A stretch of 64,000 nt of DNA from Bdellovibrionota bacterium (GCA_041751875.1 JBGSIC010000013.1:11858-75857), one strand, 5' to 3'. Shown: positions 1 through 9,819, counted from the stretch's first letter. Program-made: numbers and translations. The notes: generated from the sequence alone by a model not told the origin.

Positions 1-75
1 CTGGAGCCCTTCCCCGACAAAATACCGTAGTGCCGAGCGCTTGGCTTCCCCGAAACCTCGTGATAGCAGTCGAGG

Positions 76-615
76 ATGATTTTATCAGGCAACCGCATCC
101 GAGAGGCCCAGGCCGCCGGACACCTCAAAATCGACCCCTTCCATCCTGAGCGGGTCGGCCCCAATAGCTACAACCTGGCTTTGCACCACGAACTGGCGAC
201 CTACGAAGAGACCGTGCTGGACATGAAAAAGCCCCTCACGCTCAATCGTTTTTCCATTCCTGAAGAAGGATTTGAACTCGTTCCCCAAAGGCTTTATCTC
301 GGACGCACCATTGAGTACACGGAAAGCGAACGTTTTGTTCCGATGCTGGAAGGGCGATCTTCGATTGGGCGCCTAGGCCTAAGCGTGCATATCACGGCGG
401 GTTTTGGTGACGTAGGATTTAGAGGCTTCTGGACGCTTGAAATCTTCGCGCTCCAACCCGTGCGCGTTTATGCAGGAGTAGAGATCTGCCAGATTTTCTA
501 TCACGAGATTTCAGGTCCTTACGAAAAGTATTCCAGCGAGAAGTACCAAGACAATCGCGATATGCAACCGAGCATGATCCACCGCGACTTTCTTCGTAAT
601 CAACCCACTCTTTAA
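76..615 (+). CDS. dcd: dCTP deaminase
   Basis: 179 aa. The N-terminus MILSGNRIREA and overall length match the Dcd/dUTPase-fold family. Confidence 0.85.
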   Translation: MILSGNRIREAQAAGHLKIDPFHPERVGPNSYNLALHHELATYEETVLDMKKPLTLNRFSIPEEGFELVPQRLYLGRTIEYTESERFVPMLEGRSSIGRLGLSVHITAGFGDVGFRGFWTLEIFALQPVRVYAGVEICQIFYHEISGPYEKYSSEKYQDNRDMQPSMIHRDFLRNQPTL

Positions 616-1922
616 CGGCGCGCTTGGGCGAGTTTCACTAGCTGGTAAGCGTTGAGAATTCCCCAGCCATAGCGAATGTCCATCTTCTTTTCGCTGGATT
701 GTAGAAGAAGCTTCTTAGCGTCAGCGACGGTAAGCTTATGGTTGGCGTGTAACATCAAAGCTAGCGCACCCGCAACGTGCGGCGTTGCCATCGAGGTTCC
801 TGACCACGCGGCGTACTTATTACCGGGCAACGACGCTGTCACGTCGACTCCTGGGGCAGACAGATCCGGTTTAAAAACCGTAAGGATCCAAGACCCCACC
901 TTCCAAAGATTGGGTCCAACGCTGGAAAATGGCGCCAGATCACTTTTGCTATCAATGGCTCCGACGGAAATGGGTTCTGGCAAGCCACCAGGCATACCAT
1001 TCGGGGTCGTTCCGGAGTTACCGGCGGCAAACACAGGAATGATCCCCCCGTTGATCCAGGCCTGAATCGCGAGTCTAAACGGTGCGTAGTTTTCGATCGT
1101 ATTTACTCCGTTGGCTAGCGCTGCTCCCCACGAGTTGCTCACGATGTGCGGATAGTCCGCGGTCGAAGGGTCGCCGTCGGGATCAAAAGCCCATTGCATC
1201 CCACGAATTAACGTGGAATCCGCGCTCGTTCCGTTAGCGGTAAATACCTTCCCCACCAACAACGAAGCATTGGGGGCAATTCCTACGTTGGCCCCCGCAA
1301 TAGTGCCAGCGACATGTGTGCCGTGTCCGTGATCATCGAAAGAGTTTTTTAGCTTGGCTACGAAATCGCGGAAGGTCACTTTCACGTAGGAAACCTTTCC
1401 TTCCGGGCTCACGCGACGAAACTCGGGGTGACGACTCTGGATACCTGTATCGAGAATACCGACCCTGATGCCTGTTCCATCCAGCGCAGGAAATTCTGCC
1501 CGGATCTTGTCAACGCCAATACGCTGCAGGCCCCACGGCATTTGCGCAGGGGGATCTTCCGGTTCCGCAGGACCGGCCGGGATCACAAATTGCCGAACCT
1601 GATCGGCTAAAACATGTCCGACCCAAGGTTGTTTCTTAAGCGTTTCTGCGTCTGTCTTTTCGAGATCCAAGCGCGCCCCTCGAACTAACCAAAGGTCTTC
1701 CACATTTCCGCTAATCCGATGCGTCCCCATCCATTTCTCAAGCTCTTTGAGATCTTTTTGGTTCGTGCTTTTTAAAAGATTTTGGTAGCCCTCGTGTCCG
1801 AGCGAGGAAATTGCAATTTCATTTTGATGAAATAAAACGAGATAACTGTCAGCGGAAAACGCCGTATACGAAAAGAAAGCGAGAAAGGTGCCTCCCAGGC
1901 GAAGCCAAAAAGACCAGTTCAT
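612..1922 (-). CDS. Secreted subtilisin-like serine protease (peptidase S8)
   Basis: Catalytic motifs HGTHVAGTIAG (His) and GTSMATPHVAG (Ser) are present. An N-terminal signal-like hydrophobic segment is present. Confidence 0.85.
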   Translation of the reverse strand: MNWSFWLRLGGTFLAFFSYTAFSADSYLVLFHQNEIAISSLGHEGYQNLLKSTNQKDLKELEKWMGTHRISGNVEDLWLVRGARLDLEKTDAETLKKQPWVGHVLADQVRQFVIPAGPAEPEDPPAQMPWGLQRIGVDKIRAEFPALDGTGIRVGILDTGIQSRHPEFRRVSPEGKVSYVKVTFRDFVAKLKNSFDDHGHGTHVAGTIAGANVGIAPNASLLVGKVFTANGTSADSTLIRGMQWAFDPDGDPSTADYPHIVSNSWGAALANGVNTIENYAPFRLAIQAWINGGIIPVFAAGNSGTTPNGMPGGLPEPISVGAIDSKSDLAPFSSVGPNLWKVGSWILTVFKPDLSAPGVDVTASLPGNKYAAWSGTSMATPHVAGALALMLHANHKLTVADAKKLLLQSSEKKMDIRYGWGILNAYQLVKLAQARR

Positions 1923-1931
1923 AGAGCCCCC

Positions 1932-2801
1932 TTATTTTCGATGCAAAAACTGATTGAGTTCGCGCGAGCTGACTTCTTTCACCTTAAAACCAATCGCTTT
2001 GACGGTGTTAAGAGTGTGAATGCCAACCGGTAGACGTACTGCTTGCGTCACACCATGAAGTTTAATTCCCACGGGTCCCGAAAAGCCCGAAGGAAAGTTT
2101 GTCTCCACAAACTCCACGAAGCTCTTGCGGCTCGCTTCGGAAACAGTGACCTGCAAACCATTCTGAGCAAGGTTGGTTTGGAAGGACAATGCTTCAAGCG
2201 GCGTCCAAGTTTTATCGCCTAAATGAATGCCTTCTATTTGGTAGTGCAGATGGCCGGTTCGACTCCACCGGGCCGCGCGAAGTAATTGCCAACGCAGTTC
2301 GAGCAGGTTCCCTTTCCGAAGCGTCGGAGGCTGGGGCTGAGGTCTGGGTTCCGGTTGTGGCACTGGGGCCGGCGCAAAAATACTCTCTTCACTTAGGTTG
2401 CGGCTATCAACTTCGTCCACGGAAAGTTCGCTATCGAGAAGAAGAGCGACTTTACTTCCCGTGGGAATTTGAATTTCTTTCTTCTTTGGATAAACGAGCA
2501 TCTCGACCTGCGCTCCGAGATACTGGCGTTCCGTGCGATAGAGCGAGCCATCGGCGTTGGTGCGCACGTTGGAAGTAAAGGTCAATGCGTTGGGATAAGC
2601 CAAAGTGAGAATCTGTGAGATTCCCTTTCCCGTTTCCCCGTTATCGTAGCGAGCCTCGTAAACGTAGAGCCCTTCATCCGTAACAAACTCGACATCGATT
2701 TTTGAAACACCACTTGTTTTTATTCCTGGCTGGCCTGGATAGGTAACCAAACCGCAACCGACCAAGCAAAGGACTAACCCCAAACTTAGGACACAACGCA
2801 T
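1932..2801 (-). CDS. Hypothetical lipoprotein
   Basis: Signal peptide with lipobox LVGCG. It has a Pro-rich internal linker (PQPEPRPQPQPP). No recognisable catalytic motif. Confidence 0.5.
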   Translation of the reverse strand: MRCVLSLGLVLCLVGCGLVTYPGQPGIKTSGVSKIDVEFVTDEGLYVYEARYDNGETGKGISQILTLAYPNALTFTSNVRTNADGSLYRTERQYLGAQVEMLVYPKKKEIQIPTGSKVALLLDSELSVDEVDSRNLSEESIFAPAPVPQPEPRPQPQPPTLRKGNLLELRWQLLRAARWSRTGHLHYQIEGIHLGDKTWTPLEALSFQTNLAQNGLQVTVSEASRKSFVEFVETNFPSGFSGPVGIKLHGVTQAVRLPVGIHTLNTVKAIGFKVKEVSSRELNQFLHRK

Positions 2802-2882
2802 GGCTTCTCCCGATAAGATCTTGTTTTCACATTAAATCATTGAACGACGAAGACAGTTATCCGCGACATGTCATGGGGAGAG

Positions 2883-3545
2883 CTAGCTAAAGAGAGTTGC
2901 GTAGAGATCCCAAGTTCCATCATAAATATCTCGGGCGCCCCCCAGCGCACCATCCTTCCATCCGCCTGATCGAAAAGCGATCGCCTCAAGGCCTGCACCA
3001 GCGGCTGACTCAATATCGTAGGGTGTGTCGCCAAGCATCACGACTTCCTTGGCCGGAAGTTTCATCCCTTTTAACGCAGAAATAACGATGTCAGGATCAG
3101 GTTTCGAGTTTTCTGCATCATCCGACGAGGTTTTGGTGGTAAAAAGGTCCGTCACTTCGGCGATATCCAACAAAGTTTTCAGATCCGCTTCAGAAGCAGA
3201 AGTAGCGATACCGAGCTCATAACCAATGTCTTTTAGCCTAAGCACCAGTGACCGCGTTTTTGGAAAAGGTTTCACTTGGCGCAGAAAGACTCGCTTAAAG
3301 ACCTCACCTTTCTTTTTATCGAGTTTTTCTATCTCGGCTTTCGAGACATCTCTACCCAAAGCGAGAGGGATCAACTTATCGCCTCCCATCCCTATTAAGG
3401 GGCGAATCGACTCGTAGGAAACCGCCTCATCAAAAATGCGGAAAGCCTCCACGAAGGCCAGTGCATGTTGATCATTGCTATCAACCAAAGTGCCGTCGAC
3501 ATCAAAAATCAACCCGCGGAAAGGTAGAGGAGAAAGTGGTTTCAT
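2883..3545 (-). CDS. HAD-superfamily hydrolase (phosphatase / beta-phosphoglucomutase-like)
   Basis: HAD motif I FDVDGTLVDS at the N-terminus. The C-terminal GDTPYD-type motif is present. About 220 aa. Confidence 0.7.
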   Translation of the reverse strand: MKPLSPLPFRGLIFDVDGTLVDSNDQHALAFVEAFRIFDEAVSYESIRPLIGMGGDKLIPLALGRDVSKAEIEKLDKKKGEVFKRVFLRQVKPFPKTRSLVLRLKDIGYELGIATSASEADLKTLLDIAEVTDLFTTKTSSDDAENSKPDPDIVISALKGMKLPAKEVVMLGDTPYDIESAAGAGLEAIAFRSGGWKDGALGGARDIYDGTWDLYATLFS

Positions 3546-3587
3546 TAACCACTAGCGAATGCAAATCTGGGACCGAACTAAATCGCC

Positions 3588-4397
3588 CTAAAGCATGAGG
3601 TTGATGCTGAGCATATGCTCAAGTGGCGCACTCCCTTGATTGGGAATTTCCAACGCATAGTGGATCCCCATTCGCCCGCTATCCACGCCCACACCGGCTG
3701 ACCAGAAGGAAAGACTCTCATCGAGAAGCGCTCTAAAACCAACCCGCAACAGAAAGTTATAGGGAGAAAGATATTCAGCACCGACTCCAATTTGGTACGG
3801 GTTGAATCCTTCAAGTTTGGTGTTGGCAGCGACTGAGAGAAAAAGGGTCTGCTCATAGTTGATGCGCCCGCCCACTACGACTTCTCTATCCTGGTTCAAA
3901 TAGCCCGGACGCCCACCCAAAATGTTGCGGAAAAAGCCACCAAACTGGACAGTCGGAACGCTGTAGATCACTCCCACATCCAAATCTTTTAAATTTTGCT
4001 TCTGATTACTTTCGTCGGTGCCCCACAATAATTTACCCGCAACTCCCCAGCCGAGCGATTCGGTAATTCGCCCTAAAACGGAAATCTTCATCCCTTGATT
4101 CAGATTGTCCGTGCCTTTGACGGGAAAACGGTAATAACCAATTCCCCCTCCCAGGCTTGAGGTTTGCGTATCTAATATAGAGGCGGAGAACGCTCCCGAG
4201 CCGTAGTAAGAGCCCTCTATACTATAGAGTTCACTGAAGGCGGAACCTGCGGGATTGGAATACAGACTGTCGTTGTTGAGGTCAGCCCCTGCAAGCGATT
4301 GCCCCATTGCTTTCTCCGCGATGGGAACGATCTCAGCGGCACCAAAGGTCGTCCACCCGTAGAGTGCAGCAAAAAGAAAAAGTATTCCACGTTTCAT
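3588..4397 (-). CDS. Hypothetical outer-membrane beta-barrel protein
   Basis: Signal peptide MKRGILFLFAALYGWTTFGAA. The sequence shows alternating amphipathic Gly/aromatic-rich segments and ends in a C-terminal aromatic residue. The start was refined to the internal Met. Confidence 0.5.
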   Translation of the reverse strand: MKRGILFLFAALYGWTTFGAAEIVPIAEKAMGQSLAGADLNNDSLYSNPAGSAFSELYSIEGSYYGSGAFSASILDTQTSSLGGGIGYYRFPVKGTDNLNQGMKISVLGRITESLGWGVAGKLLWGTDESNQKQNLKDLDVGVIYSVPTVQFGGFFRNILGGRPGYLNQDREVVVGGRINYEQTLFLSVAANTKLEGFNPYQIGVGAEYLSPYNFLLRVGFRALLDESLSFWSAGVGVDSGRMGIHYALEIPNQGSAPLEHMLSINLML

Positions 4398-4692
4398 AGT
4401 TCTCGCTCCTGGAGACGCGCGCGTAGGGCCCATTTGTGACACCGCTCGTCTGTAACCATACTGTACAAGCTATACCCGCAAAAATAAAGGCGTTGTAGGC
4501 AGCCCGATTGCACTCAAAAGGAGTACAGCAAAATGGTCGCCTTCAGAATACGCGCGAGTCTTCAAACTTCGTGAGAGAACCGAAAGTGTATTCCGTGGCA
4601 CAGGGCTTGCTTTATTCGACCATGGAGTGAGGGCACAGTGTTTTGTTGTTGCGCCCCGGCCTCACAAAAAGCGCATTGCGGAGTGGATACCG

Positions 4693-5505
4693 ATGAAGTG
4701 GAAGCTTTGGATATTAAGTTTTAGTTTTTTAGCGGTGGCGAGCACGCCCGCTTTGGCCGAATATACGTACAATGGTTACAACCAGTACGACGCCTACTCG
4801 GGCGCCTACACACTGGGTGGAAATAGCCTGTACAACATCGCCGGACTCGGAGGGAATCTCTCCAACTACTACGGCAACAGTTACTCGCCCTACTCGTCTT
4901 CCTCGAGCTACCCTTACTCGTCAGGTTACGGCAGCTGTTCTTCTATTTACTACAGCAGCTGTGGCGCTTCGAACAATTTAGGCATGAGCGGTTACTATAA
5001 CCCTTACTCAATGGGTAGCTACGGTAACGGTTACAACATGTACGGTAGTTCTTACGGAAGCGGATACGGTTCGACCTATCCTTCCAGCTCGTACAACGGT
5101 TATTCGCCCTACACTTCTTCGTACTACGGTAGCAGCAACTACAATTCCTACTACTCGTACTACACGCCTGGAACGGGCTACGATTACTACTACATTCCTG
5201 GAAGCAGCTACTACAACAACCAGAGCTCTGGTTACGGCGGCTACAGCCCGTATGTTTCCAATTACAATTATTCTCCCGTCAATGTCACCATCAACTACAC
5301 AGGTGGCACGACCACCACGAGTTTAGGTGGTTGCAACGGGGTAACGATTCCTTGTGGAACCGATGTTATCGGAACGCCGACGATTACACCGATTCCTCCG
5401 GTGTTGGTGCCTCCGACGACGACGACGCCGTCGCAGAACACAATCCCGACCAACCCGAGTCGGACTCGCGTCCCGCGCGGTGCGGATGCCTTGGTCCACC
5501 GATAG
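4693..5505 (+). CDS. Secreted Tyr/Ser/Gly/Asn-rich low-complexity protein with a Thr/Pro-rich C-terminus
   Basis: Signal peptide MKWKLWILSFSFLAVASTPALA. It is followed by roughly 200 aa dominated by Y, S, G and N (SYY, GYG, SSY repeats), then a TTTT/PP-rich tail. The ATG start lies at 4693. Confidence 0.6.
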   Translation: MKWKLWILSFSFLAVASTPALAEYTYNGYNQYDAYSGAYTLGGNSLYNIAGLGGNLSNYYGNSYSPYSSSSSYPYSSGYGSCSSIYYSSCGASNNLGMSGYYNPYSMGSYGNGYNMYGSSYGSGYGSTYPSSSYNGYSPYTSSYYGSSNYNSYYSYYTPGTGYDYYYIPGSSYYNNQSSGYGGYSPYVSNYNYSPVNVTINYTGGTTTTSLGGCNGVTIPCGTDVIGTPTITPIPPVLVPPTTTTPSQNTIPTNPSRTRVPRGADALVHR

Positions 5506-5519
5506 CCAAAGCTTGATCG

Positions 5520-5563
5520 CAGATCGAGTCCCCGTACGAAAAGGGGAGAATCCACTCGATCTG
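5520..5563 (+). terminator. Extended stem-loop downstream of the Tyr-rich gene; possible terminator or RNA structural element
   Basis: CAGATCGAGT pairs with ACTCGATCTG as a 10-bp outer stem. An inner CCCC...GGGG hairpin sits inside it. No clear U-tract follows. Confidence 0.3.
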
Positions 5564-5795
5564 TTGTAGCGGTAAAGGGTGACTTTCTGAGGACTTGCCT
5601 CCTCCCCCTTATGTGGCCCCGAAACACATACTGTTCTTGGGAAGTCACCTTTACCTCCTCCCCCAAAAAACCAGTGCATAATCAGCCGTTTACAGCTCAG
5701 TGGGGGGTCTTTGATTGACTTTTTGTCCGGATTCGCTACAAATAACGATTCTGCTCAATCCTGAGCAGCCCAAGGTTCTTTTAGGAGTTCTAGAC

Positions 5796-6185
5796 ATGAA
5801 AAAGTCGGACCTGAATAAGTTCAAGAAGATGTTAGAGCTGAAACTGCATAGCTTGCAGCAGGACTTTGGCGTGGAAGTAAACCAGTCGCCTGGTGAATCA
5901 CTTGCTGATGTGAATGATCAGGCCAGTCTGGAAACGGAAAGAAGCTTTGGTCTGCGCATTCGCGACCGCGAGCGTAAACTTATTTCCAAGGTGCAGTCCG
6001 TTCTTCGCAAGATTGGGGACGGAACCTACGGTATCTGTGAATCGTGCGATGAACCCATCGGCATAAAGCGCCTCACGGCTCGTCCGGAAACCACCTATTG
6101 CATCAATTGCAAGGCGGAGATGGAAGAAGAAGAGCGCCGCGAAGAAATTAATCTCAAAAATACCCAAAGTGAGCAGCGCATCTAG
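5796..6185 (+). CDS. dksA: RNA polymerase-binding transcription factor DksA (C4 zinc finger)
   Basis: GTYGICESCDEPIGIKRLTARPETTYCINCK matches the DksA/TraR CxxC-x17-CxxC finger. A coiled-coil N-terminus is present. An AGGAG RBS lies 8 nt upstream of the ATG at 5796. Confidence 0.75.
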   Translation: MKKSDLNKFKKMLELKLHSLQQDFGVEVNQSPGESLADVNDQASLETERSFGLRIRDRERKLISKVQSVLRKIGDGTYGICESCDEPIGIKRLTARPETTYCINCKAEMEEEERREEINLKNTQSEQRI

Positions 6186-6382
6186 GGTCAACCCGCGCTT
6201 TCGTTCTCCTTGAATTCGCGGATGCTGTGCGCGCGTTTTCAAGAATCGCTTTCTAAATGCCTCTCTTGAAAGCACGTCCACACCGTGTGTGCATTCTTCC
6301 CGATCGAGGGGACGAGCTTATTTGGCGTGGGTATACACTGTATACCCCGTTAAGCCCCAATGACGTGAAACGTCACCGGTGA

Positions 6383-7564
6383 ATGTATTCTCGTCGTCGG
6401 CTAAATCAAAAAATCCAATCGTTTCAATCGAGTTTACCGTCGCTCCTGGCACAAGGCCTGCTCTTACTATGCCGCAGAGGAGCATACGTGTCCCAACGTT
6501 CATTCTTATCGTGGCTACTGCTTGCCTGTTTAGTGATAAACGGCTGCGCCCAGTACAATGTAAGCGGTCCGATCCGTATGCAGGTCTTCGCCCCTATTCA
6601 GGGCTCACACTGCGGATATCAAGCTCGCCCCCAGGTTCTGGAGACAGTAACGAACGTGCGCAACCTGCGCGGCTCTATCGGCCAGGTCGTCACCCACTCA
6701 GGCACTCTCACTGGGGAAGATATCACCAACGGCAACTACCGAGCTGTTCACACTCAGTTTTCACAGACGGGTAACACCTACTATCCGCTCGATTTAGGCT
6801 CTCTGTGGGCGGGAAGTTTTTACTACGCGCTAGAAACCGCCTACCGAATGTTTCGCGACCTCGAACCCACCATTTCCGATATGCGCATAGTCGCACTCGC
6901 CAACGGTGACCGCTTAGAAAATAGCCTTATTTTTCAAGAAGTAGAGATAGAAGACGGCGAAGACATTTTGGTCGATAACGCCGCTTTCGTTTATTTCGGC
7001 AACTCCGTAAACACCTTTATCAACGCTCCCATCCGAGAGCACTCTGATATCCCCATGGTTTTCAACATGGGCATCATGGTTCACGAGTATACGCACATGG
7101 TGATGAACTATCTCGTGAAAACCCCTCTCGCCAATTCGCTTTCGGAAGATTCTGTGGGCGATCGCGCTATTGGTGCGATGGACGAAGGGATTGCCGACTA
7201 CTTTGGTTTTCTCACAAACCGCGATCCGAAATACTTTCTGTGCACCGTTCCTGAGAGGACCTACCGGGATCTCTCGAAAGTGAAGTCTTACACCCAAGCG
7301 TATAAGGAAGCGATGCGAACCGGTTCCGGCTACCAAGCCCACTTGTTCGGCGCCTTCTTTGCCAGCGCACAATACTTCATGGGCGAACGCCTGAAGGATC
7401 ACCCTCGGCACGCAAAAACTTTAATTCAGCTAATGAAACGCCTGGGCTCAGGAAGTTGTGGTTCAGCCAACTCCTTGGACTACAGCGCAATCGCACGCTG
7501 TCACGAAGGCGTCACTGGCGCGCACTCAGAGATTAGTTACGTGTACCGGCAGTTAGGATTTTAA
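6383..7564 (+). CDS. Thermolysin-like (gluzincin, M4-like) secreted zinc metalloprotease
   Basis: HExxH motif (VHEYTHMV) with a downstream GAMDEGIADYFG resembling the thermolysin GAINEAISDIFG Glu-ligand segment. The N-terminal hydrophobic signal may be a lipoprotein signal. The exact start is uncertain; an in-frame GTG at 6488 is an alternative. Confidence 0.6.
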   Translation: MYSRRRLNQKIQSFQSSLPSLLAQGLLLLCRRGAYVSQRSFLSWLLLACLVINGCAQYNVSGPIRMQVFAPIQGSHCGYQARPQVLETVTNVRNLRGSIGQVVTHSGTLTGEDITNGNYRAVHTQFSQTGNTYYPLDLGSLWAGSFYYALETAYRMFRDLEPTISDMRIVALANGDRLENSLIFQEVEIEDGEDILVDNAAFVYFGNSVNTFINAPIREHSDIPMVFNMGIMVHEYTHMVMNYLVKTPLANSLSEDSVGDRAIGAMDEGIADYFGFLTNRDPKYFLCTVPERTYRDLSKVKSYTQAYKEAMRTGSGYQAHLFGAFFASAQYFMGERLKDHPRHAKTLIQLMKRLGSGSCGSANSLDYSAIARCHEGVTGAHSEISYVYRQLGF

Positions 7565-7565
7565 C

Positions 7566-8246
7566 GTGAAGTTTTGGATTTCCATTTTAGTCTTTATGTT
7601 GCTGCAAGCGGGCGGACCTGCGTTTGCAAAGTCCAAAAAGCGCCGCCTGCATATTCCTCTCATGTCTCAAAAGAAAATTTCTTACGTGGCACCGAAACGT
7701 TCCACGGCTCGTGCCTACTCGCGCGTTCAGAGCCGCTATCGTCACCAGCCGATCAAACGAGCGATGAGCTTGGCTGTTCAATTCGGCATCATCAGTCAGC
7801 GTTCTAGTTCGCCAGGATCTTTGCTGGGCATTAACGCCCACATGGGTCTCCGCTTTCTTCTAGCGATGCCCATCAGCCGCAATTTCACCTTGGAACCGGT
7901 GGCAGGTTATTATTTCGACCGTTCAAGCCTGGCCTCGGTATCGCTGACACATCACTGGCTTGAGACGGGCGCCAACGCCCTTTATATCATCCGCGCTTCG
8001 CACAAAACGCAGTACCGTTTAGGTGCGGCCGGGCGCTTTGATATGCGCTGGAATCGTGTGAGCGCACCGGAGAACTCTGACGGCAGTTCGCTTCAGATGG
8101 GAGTCAGAATGGGACCCACCGTAGGTCTTAGCACCATGCTCAATCGAAAGACGCAGCTCATCACCAACGCCGAAGTGACGTGGGACATCACCCGCGGGTG
8201 GAACATCCACCCAGCCCTCTATATCGGCCTCGCTTTTCCCTTATAG
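7566..8246 (+). CDS. Hypothetical outer-membrane protein
   Basis: Signal peptide MKFWISILVFMLLQAGGPAFA. The amphipathic beta-strand pattern ends in a C-terminal aromatic residue. Confidence 0.45.
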   Translation: MKFWISILVFMLLQAGGPAFAKSKKRRLHIPLMSQKKISYVAPKRSTARAYSRVQSRYRHQPIKRAMSLAVQFGIISQRSSSPGSLLGINAHMGLRFLLAMPISRNFTLEPVAGYYFDRSSLASVSLTHHWLETGANALYIIRASHKTQYRLGAAGRFDMRWNRVSAPENSDGSSLQMGVRMGPTVGLSTMLNRKTQLITNAEVTWDITRGWNIHPALYIGLAFPL

Positions 8247-8309
8247 AATTTGAGATCCTTCGGGCTAAAGCCCTCTGGATAAAATGTGTCGAGCTTCACT
8301 CGACCCATT

Positions 8310-8582
8310 TTAGCTAAGTAAGGATTTGAACTCTTTACCCGCACGGAACTTAGGTACCCAGTGCGCTTTAATGCGAATCTCTTCCCCCGTCTGAGGGTTT
8401 CTGCCTTTACGAGCAGAGCGTTTGCTCTTCAAAAATGTTCCGAAACCAACCAATCGAATCGGGTTTCCCTTCTTCACATTTTTTCTCAAGATATCAATCG
8501 CGGCGTCTAAAACGCGTTGGCAATCTGCTTTTGTGAGTTTTGTTTGTTCTGCAACGTTGTTCACCAAGTCGTTCTTATTCAT
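8310..8582 (-). CDS. hup: Histone-like DNA-binding protein HU
   Basis: 90 aa. MNKNDLVNNVAEQTKLTKADCQRVLDA...GFGTFLKSKRSARKGRNPQTGEEIRI is a canonical HU/IHF fold sequence. Confidence 0.85.
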   Translation of the reverse strand: MNKNDLVNNVAEQTKLTKADCQRVLDAAIDILRKNVKKGNPIRLVGFGTFLKSKRSARKGRNPQTGEEIRIKAHWVPKFRAGKEFKSLLS

Positions 8583-8764
8583 GTTGTCTCCACAATAAAC
8601 TGGCTTGCGACGAATCGATGGGGAAGCACCACTTGTATCCCCGTCAGTCGCACAAGAAGTTAGAAAATATAAGGAAAAAACGATCGAGCGGCAAGTCTGT
8701 TTTACACAGAATCACTTTAGTTTGCAGCGTTTACTCCCGCGACTCTTTCAAGCAGTATAAGAGA

Positions 8765-9565
8765 ATGGAATATTTTCATCAGCCGAATATCGATCCCGTG
8801 TTGTTTCATCTTTGGGGGCCCCTTCAAATCAGGTGGTACTCGCTACTGTACGTTGGCGGCTTCCTCGTGGGATGTATGGTGCTACGGCGACTTTCCAAGG
8901 AACCACGGTTTGGCTACACCTCGGAACACATCGATCAATTCACCATGTGGGTACTGCTGGGTGGGGTAATTGGAGCGCGCATCTTCTACTGTGTGGTTTA
9001 CGACCCACGTGCACTAATACAAAATCCCCTTTTTCTCTTTCAGATTTATCGGGGCGGGTTGTCGTTCCATGGCGGCTTTATCGGCACCATGGTGGCAGGG
9101 ATTCTTTTTTGCCGTAAAAATAATATCAAAATTTGGAATTTTCTCGATGCCATGTGCATCGCCGCTCCGCTGGGACTCGCCATGGGCCGCATGGGAAATT
9201 TTATCAACGGGGAACTCTACGGCCGAGTGTCTTATGTCCCCTGGGCGGTCATCTTTCGTACAGGAGGCCCGCAACCCCGGCATCCCTCTCAACTTTACGA
9301 ACTTTTGCTTGAGGGGGTGATTCTCTTCACCGGTCTTTGGTTAGCACGGAAAAAGCTAAATAAGCCGGGCCAGATCAGTGTGGCTTTTATCTTAGGTTAC
9401 AGCGCATGCCGATTTATCGTCGAGAGCTTCCGTGAACCCGATGCACATCTTGGTTATTTGGCGCTGGGACTCACTATGGGGCAAATTCTCTCGCTCGTGA
9501 TGGCGAGTTCAGGATTGGCTTTATGGGCGGTCCTTCGACCCCGTTGGAAGAAAATGGCGGCTTAG
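8765..9565 (+). CDS. lgt: Prolipoprotein diacylglyceryl transferase
   Basis: MEYFHQPNIDPVLFHLWGPLQIRWYSLLYVGGF is the Lgt N-terminus. Polytopic membrane protein. The ATG is at 8765, so the track ORF is over-extended upstream. Confidence 0.85.
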   Translation: MEYFHQPNIDPVLFHLWGPLQIRWYSLLYVGGFLVGCMVLRRLSKEPRFGYTSEHIDQFTMWVLLGGVIGARIFYCVVYDPRALIQNPLFLFQIYRGGLSFHGGFIGTMVAGILFCRKNNIKIWNFLDAMCIAAPLGLAMGRMGNFINGELYGRVSYVPWAVIFRTGGPQPRHPSQLYELLLEGVILFTGLWLARKKLNKPGQISVAFILGYSACRFIVESFREPDAHLGYLALGLTMGQILSLVMASSGLALWAVLRPRWKKMAA

Positions 9566-9819
9566 GAGCTCTTTCGCCATTCGGAAGTAATCAGGCGCAG
9601 GCGGCGCTTGATGGTCTGCTTTTCTAACAGCAATTTGTTCCCAATTTTACGTTCCAGTTTCTTCTTAGAGCGCGAAAGCTGGTCCACGAGCTTGCGTATG
9701 TCAATCGAGTGGTGCGAACCGAATTGGGAACGCCGTTCGCCTTCTTTTTTCAAATGCTTGAGGACGCCTTCCAAATCTTCGTAAACGCGCAGAAGCTGAT
9801 CCATCTTGGGTGATTTCAT
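9562..9819 (-). CDS. Hypothetical small basic coiled-coil protein
   Basis: 85-aa ORF that is Lys/Arg/Glu/Leu-rich. It overlaps the lgt stop by 4 nt. No motif recognised. Confidence 0.3.
   Translation of the reverse strand: MKSPKMDQLLRVYEDLEGVLKHLKKEGERRSQFGSHHSIDIRKLVDQLSRSKKKLERKIGNKLLLEKQTIKRRLRLITSEWRKSS

Noticed and set aside
5323-5679. Arg-rich ORFs on both strands (RRRRRRRRHQHRRNRCNRRR) overlapping the 3' end of the Tyr-rich gene
   Set aside because: These are artefacts of the repetitive ACG/CCG/TCG codon runs encoding the Thr/Pro-rich tail. The frame is better explained by the + strand secreted protein.
8540-8764. Upstream extension of the lgt ORF in the track (start 8540)
   Set aside because: The Lgt N-terminus MEYFHQPN begins at ATG 8765. 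The extension overlaps the divergent HU gene's end and promoter.
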